A stretch of DNA of 36,137 nt. It comes from an uncultured Bacteroidales bacterium. Lineage in GTDB: Bacteria; Bacteroidota; Bacteroidia; Bacteroidales; ML635J-15. Both the position numbers and the translations under genes were made by a program. The notes beneath the pieces were generated by a model. That model ran no database searches. It saw only the letters and a program-made list of their open reading frames with translations, and was not told where the DNA came from. The DNA is taken from contig CAZOHR010000003.1 in the NCBI GenBank assembly GCA_964579045.1, positions 1 to 36,137 of the forward strand, in the 5' to 3' direction. Below are positions 32,301-36,137 of this stretch, piece after piece. Position 1 is the stretch's first letter, and every line of letters begins with the position of its first letter.

Positions 32301-32763
32301 TGGTTCTAAATTCGCAAATGCGTTACTTGGTGTTTCTGATACTGAATTTGAGAGCTATATGAATGATTGGAGTAAATTACAAGAGAATATATTAAAGATG
32401 TCGAAAGACCAATACAGCGAAGAATTTTCGCTTGTAGGACAACAAGCAAAAGCTAAACTTATGGCACAATTTGATTTAGTACCCGATGAATTCAAAGAAA
32501 ATGGAAAACTGTCGGCTACAAAATTCGAAGAAGGATTTATGACAGAATTTAATAATGTGTGGAACAGAGTAAAAACAAGTATTCAAGTTAAAACGAACTC
32601 TATTGGAAGTGGTGAAATCAAAAATCCTATTGGAAAACTTGCGCCGAATAGTAATACTGAAACGAGCATTTATAATGTTACTGCAAAAACCGAAACTTTA
32701 TCTTCACAAATTTCACAAATTGAGGCTGATAAAATATTTAAAAAAATGATTGGGGTGAATTGA
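29383..32763 (+). CDS. tail tape measure protein (TP901-type core, central TM-rich segment)
   Basis: Length is 1126 aa. The N-terminal TMP core is ELSTATGVAASEIAESMYDALSSGI, followed by a hydrophobic block IVAITAGFGIVLGGLWLV...IIIIGITALIAVMAIL and a long coiled coil. Confidence 0.92.
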   Translation: MADGEIKIDTKLDDTKFKKGLSDMGEFAKTAFLGITATIGIATGMAAKFGMEFESSLAKTKTMFGSVAVDMKNLEKKTLELSTATGVAASEIAESMYDALSSGIPVTEDMGDAISYMDKSARLAKAGFTDINTAVMSTAKVLNAYKMDVSETDRVHRIMMATQNKGITTVDELGKTLAGVTPTASAMNVSFEQVGASLATMTSQGTPTSQAITQLNGLFADLGKKGTISQKALAEAVKGTKYAGKSFQDMAKDGVPLNTMLDLLNTYAKKNKLSLIDMFGSIESGKAALALSGQNSASFTANLKEMSTQADLVGDAVKIIDDTVGEKFKKAMNEGKNEMIKLYNDGFKPILAEAIPLLVTGIKFLFNNFQMIVAITAGFGIVLGGLWLVMEGGAIITMVTEAMVALNIAMAANPVGIIIIGITALIAVMAILSIGKNKEAEESAKLVKQVDAENKAWNDLKATKEQQMGAALAELNYSEKLWAELQRLTDAKGMINDSDKARVQFILNELNSAMGTQMQLVDNEVKGYEKVGKSIDALIEQKRAKIIMDSQEVLYKEALIKYEEKQIEQAKLKIALAQKEKEYNEVAKWDIVGANRIAKEFDDLAKKYSENEVVLKQYYKHIGTYEENSKAMTEKRYGDIKKIIDNNANAFITAEDVRKQALGKQKETLLEQVVVMKTTAELVKKAWTDGTAGVTEQMVKDAEAKAKEAEAEYAKVGAHIISGMVMGIENGKGKVTGATGNVVYDALIAAKNAGVIKSPSRKMRDEVGLMLSRGIAVGVTQGSGEVSKAFTKMLTDLDLQRDTGVINEQEYYDKLTVLRNKYLKQGTSEWWEYTKQVLNYEDKLAEDETKLLKEKLDKQKETITSSFREIISEIDTMMNDVEQKQNEFADKLKNFVEPFSEKTITLKNVGKNFNLDRGSKQGEDWVINEIDLTDLKRKNKELESYSNLLDKVKARGNVPQKFLNDLQQMSIVDGSKFANALLGVSDTEFESYMNDWSKLQENILKMSKDQYSEEFSLVGQQAKAKLMAQFDLVPDEFKENGKLSATKFEEGFMTEFNNVWNRVKTSIQVKTNSIGSGEIKNPIGKLAPNSNTETSIYNVTAKTETLSSQISQIEADKIFKKMIGVN

Positions 32764-32764
32764 T

Positions 32765-33634
32765 TTGAGTACACGAATTGAATTTGAAGATATAGTGTTG
32801 GGTGACGATAAAATCAAAATCACCGCAATCACTGGTTTAAGCGGAGTTGAGGAAAATTCAAAAGTTGTAACATTTGTAGGAAAAGACGGGCAGAAATCAA
32901 GTAACTTTCAGAAGATGCCACGCATAATAAATGTGGCTTGTACCATAAAAGGCGATGATGCAATTAGAGAGTATCAAAAAATCGTAAAATGTATGTATAA
33001 GTCAATCGAATTAGTGATACGAAATTCAATTTCGAGCAAGAAAATCACTTGTAGAATCACTAAAACTTCTGATTATGTGATGCTATGCGACACAATCGTT
33101 GATTTTGCGATACAATTTATGGCGGATAGTCCGTTTTTCAACGATTTAAGTAAAATCAAGCAGGATTTGTTCTATATTCGAGCAACTCCGCTATTGACGG
33201 GAGGAAAGTTTGTGTTACCGTGGGTATTTTCCACTCGTGTAAATGAATCCACAGTAATAAATTTAGGAGATTCGAAAACATATCCCGTTATTGTGATTTA
33301 TTGCAGTAAGTCGGGTGCTACTCCCGTTGCACCAAAGGGAATTTTTGTAAAAAATAACACCACTAACCAAACTTTTTACTTGAATTACAAGACTTCCACA
33401 AGTGAAACGATAACTATTGATATGCAAAAATCGAAAGTAATGAGTTCTATCAATGGAAATTTGGCGGAATACATTTCAACACTTGTGTTAGATGGAACAA
33501 CCTATAAAACTTATTTAGGAAAATTTTGGCTCGATACAGGAGCGAACGACATTGTGGTTACTAATTTGAATGTAAACGATATAATAAGTTGTTATTGCAG
33601 TTATGATAATAATTATATTGAGGCGGTGAACTGA
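32765..33634 (+). CDS. distal tail protein (Dit-like)
   Basis: It lies immediately after the TMP gene and is 289 aa. The start is TTG with GGGGTGA upstream. Confidence 0.7.
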   Translation: MSTRIEFEDIVLGDDKIKITAITGLSGVEENSKVVTFVGKDGQKSSNFQKMPRIINVACTIKGDDAIREYQKIVKCMYKSIELVIRNSISSKKITCRITKTSDYVMLCDTIVDFAIQFMADSPFFNDLSKIKQDLFYIRATPLLTGGKFVLPWVFSTRVNESTVINLGDSKTYPVIVIYCSKSGATPVAPKGIFVKNNTTNQTFYLNYKTSTSETITIDMQKSKVMSSINGNLAEYISTLVLDGTTYKTYLGKFWLDTGANDIVVTNLNVNDIISCYCSYDNNYIEAVN

Positions 33635-34602
33635 TGGAGCTTTACGATTTAGATTTGAAATTGCTTGCGTATCAAGATGAATTTATTTCATCAGTTTTCG
33701 AAAACCGCTACAACGAAATTACAAGTTTTGCAGTAGAGTTAGAGGAATCCAACAATTTTTCGCAATATGTAATTGATGCAGTTACCAATAAAGAATACTT
33801 AGTATTGGTAGATGATAACAAGCAAGGAGTAGTTACGGGATATGATATTAGTGACAAGAAAATGAGAATTTTTGGTAGGAGCTTGAATTTCTTGTTAACA
33901 TTCAGAATTTTACCGCCATTTAGCATTACTGATTCTGATGAAGTGAGCGACATTTGTAATTTATTGGTAAAATCAAGTATGACTTATAATGCGGTTGTTT
34001 TTCCTGCATTTTCAGATGTCGCAAAATTGACATTTCAAAGTATATATAGTTTTACCAATAAATTTACAATGACTACAACCACTTTGTCGAAAGTTAGCGA
34101 TACTATAATTGATGTTCTTAACAAAGATTTAGCGGGGCATAAAATATTCGCTGATTTGGATTCCAAAGAATTCAAGTTGATAGTAAACAAAGGAGTAAAA
34201 ACGATTCTTGTGTTAGCGGAAGAAATTAGCAATGTAACTGAAATTCAGCTTAATTCAAATGGTAGTGATTATGCGAATTGTGGATATTACAAAAGAGCAA
34301 AATTAACGGGAGAAACAACCGACACTTTTGTAGCGGTTTCAACTACTGCAACAGGATTGAAGAAGAAAGAAATAGTATTGAGTGGGGAAATTATAGCAGA
34401 TGCTACAAACGACCTACTTAAAAAGACTTGGAAAACAACTATAAAATCCAAAACTATTGATTTATTAGAATCCATAGACTATAATGTAGGTGATATAGTA
34501 GTTATCCAAACAAATTACGGGATATTCGAAAAGCGAATCATAGGAATAAAATATGTTAGTGAATATACAAGCGAATATCAAGAACCAATTTTAGAAGATT
34601 AA
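33634..34602 (+). CDS. tail-tip/baseplate structural protein (Gp37-like/Tal-position)
   Basis: ATGA overlap with the Dit gene. The call is based on position. Confidence 0.55.
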   Translation: MELYDLDLKLLAYQDEFISSVFENRYNEITSFAVELEESNNFSQYVIDAVTNKEYLVLVDDNKQGVVTGYDISDKKMRIFGRSLNFLLTFRILPPFSITDSDEVSDICNLLVKSSMTYNAVVFPAFSDVAKLTFQSIYSFTNKFTMTTTTLSKVSDTIIDVLNKDLAGHKIFADLDSKEFKLIVNKGVKTILVLAEEISNVTEIQLNSNGSDYANCGYYKRAKLTGETTDTFVAVSTTATGLKKKEIVLSGEIIADATNDLLKKTWKTTIKSKTIDLLESIDYNVGDIVVIQTNYGIFEKRIIGIKYVSEYTSEYQEPILED

Positions 34603-34615
34603 AGGAGTTGAGGGA

Positions 34616-35422
34616 ATGAGTTACACAGGTTCATTTTTAGATAATGAAAGCGTAAGCGCCGCAAAGTTGAACGGAGTAATAAACAAGCTCGTGTCGGGCG
34701 GAGTGTCGGAGGTATTTTATGATGGTCAGAGTTATAACACGAGCGACCTAAACAGAATCGCTGCGTTCGTGGCAGAATGGGGGGTTACTCCGCAGAACAA
34801 CACCACTTTGAAAGTTATCAAAGAGGGAGCGAGTTCGGTAAAAATATTAAGTGGTACTGCTTTTTTCGAGAGTGGTTCGTGGATTGTAATTTCCGACTAT
34901 GAGATTTTACCATACACCGCAGGAGTAAAAAACTACGTGTATGTCAAGTCCGACATCTCCGCAGGAACTATTAAACCCTACTGTTCTACTATTGCTCCGA
35001 TTGGAGATTTCGTTCCGCTGGCAGAGGTTGAGGTTGCAGGAACAGTAACAGATAAGAGAGTGTACTGTAAAGGCAAATTGGCAGGGTATCAAAGCGACTT
35101 TGCTATTTACGACACAGTGACACTGACTACTCTCGGAACGGTAGGGGGCGTTCACGTAAATGACACTTGGTACAAAACAGACAGTATTGCGGTGCAAAAA
35201 TCCAATTATAAGTATGCCGCTATTTCTGGTGGAACTAATAATGCTTACATTTATTTTCTTGATGCTGGAGGCACATTTGAATACTATCGATATTATAGCT
35301 GGTATATGGAGTGCAAACTTGTGAAAAATGGTAATTTTATAGATACCTATGTTCGTGCTAATATTGATAGTAGTATGAGTCATTGGACAACAAATATTAA
35401 TTGCACTATTTATTTCTCATAG
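34616..35422 (+). CDS. hypothetical tail/baseplate protein
   Basis: RBS AAAGGAG...GAGGGA is upstream. The ORF is 268 aa. GC is locally elevated. Confidence 0.6.
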   Translation: MSYTGSFLDNESVSAAKLNGVINKLVSGGVSEVFYDGQSYNTSDLNRIAAFVAEWGVTPQNNTTLKVIKEGASSVKILSGTAFFESGSWIVISDYEILPYTAGVKNYVYVKSDISAGTIKPYCSTIAPIGDFVPLAEVEVAGTVTDKRVYCKGKLAGYQSDFAIYDTVTLTTLGTVGGVHVNDTWYKTDSIAVQKSNYKYAAISGGTNNAYIYFLDAGGTFEYYRYYSWYMECKLVKNGNFIDTYVRANIDSSMSHWTTNINCTIYFS

Positions 35423-35437
35423 AAAGGAGATTAAAAG

Positions 35438-36137
35438 ATGAAAAAGCAAATTGCAACAAGTAACGCAGAATTCAAGGAGTACATAAAATTTCCTTTTGTG
35501 GCGGACGATGTTTCGGCATACGAGATTGTTTTTAACACTCCGTACGATTTGACAGGGGCAACCTTTTTAGTAACCGCCTTTTTGTCAGATGGAAATTCAG
35601 TCCAAGACTCGGGGAGTGTTTCGGGTAACGTGGCAAAATACACAATCAAGAACAGTATGTACTCGGTCGAGGGGTCAATAACTTTAAGACTTACGATTGT
35701 GCAAGAGGGAAGCGTTCTAACATCAAAAGAGTTGATTGGTAAGTGTGTGGGTGGAAATGGGGAATATAACGTTTCCGCAGACGACAGAGTTCCGGTGCTG
35801 ACGAGCCTTATTATTCAAGCAACGGAGCAAGGAGCGTATGCCTTAGCCCAGGCAAATTTGGCAGAGGCAAAAAGATTGCAAAGTGCGGAGTTAGTAGGCT
35901 ACGAGTTGATTTTAAAAACCATAGACGAAACCGAGTTCAATGTGGGGAACGTTAGAGGGGAACAGGGTTTGACAGGTAAAACACCATCAAACTTTGTAAT
36001 TGCACCAAGCAACGCAATCAACAAAGAACGTGCTGATTTAGTATTAGCAGGAACAAGTGGTGTACTCGACACTGCTGCAATCAATGACGCACTTGATGCA
36101 CTGCACCTTGCAAGACCAGACTTACCAGACAATGGTG
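35438..36137 (+). CDS. receptor-binding/tail fibre protein, 3'-truncated (BppU-like N-terminus, short collagen-like GxxGxxGxx, start of pectate-lyase-like domain). Not in the supplied ORF track
   Basis: My own translation from ATG 35438 (RBS AAAGGAGA 7 nt upstream) stays open to the window end: MKKQIATSNAEFKEYIKFPFVADDVSAYEIVF...RGEQGLTGKTPSNF...LDTAAINDALDAL. Confidence 0.7.
   Translation, partial: MKKQIATSNAEFKEYIKFPFVADDVSAYEIVFNTPYDLTGATFLVTAFLSDGNSVQDSGSVSGNVAKYTIKNSMYSVEGSITLRLTIVQEGSVLTSKELIGKCVGGNGEYNVSADDRVPVLTSLIIQATEQGAYALAQANLAEAKRLQSAELVGYELILKTIDETEFNVGNVRGEQGLTGKTPSNFVIAPSNAINKERADLVLAGTSGVLDTAAINDALDALHLARPDLPDNG

Overview
The window reads as most of a siphovirus-type dsDNA phage or prophage genome from a low-GC Gram-positive (Firmicute-like) host. 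This rests on AT-rich sequence, strong GGAGG-type ribosome-binding sites, TTG/GTG starts and a SleB-like hydrolase. Every convincing gene is on the + strand.

Gene order:
- End of a lysis cassette: coiled-coil ORF, holin, Amidase_2 endolysin (2-1175), then a terminator.
- A strong early promoter and a block of small unknown ORFs plus an XRE-type HTH (1400-2858).
- A replication/recombination module (3314-9199): Sak4-like AAA_24 ATPase, DUF669/SSB-like protein, PD-(D/E)xK nuclease, SF2 helicase, HTH_17 protein, prim-pol/D5-type primase-helicase.
- A second copy of the same promoter driving an AAA_5 ATPase and several unknowns (9471-14364).
- A candidate DNA-modification island (14533-18507): IbrA-like PAPS-reductase, IbrB-like ParB, GT-A-like protein, second ParB, degenerate methyltransferase-like protein.
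- Packaging and head genes (18507-26473): TerS, TerL, portal, MuF-metallopeptidase fusion, scaffold, capsid, connector.
- An unusual 347-nt non-coding island.
- Tail genes up to a 3'-truncated receptor-binding protein (26821-36137).

The most interesting points are the IbrAB-like island abutting the terminase, a ~150-bp TACAC/GTGTA-iteron element present as two inverted copies 17.2 kb apart, and a set of shared regulatory motifs linking three non-coding hubs. No integrase, CI-type repressor, tRNA, rRNA or CRISPR array was seen.

All functional calls come from motif recognition by eye. No database search was run, so family names are hypotheses to confirm with HHpred or Pfam.
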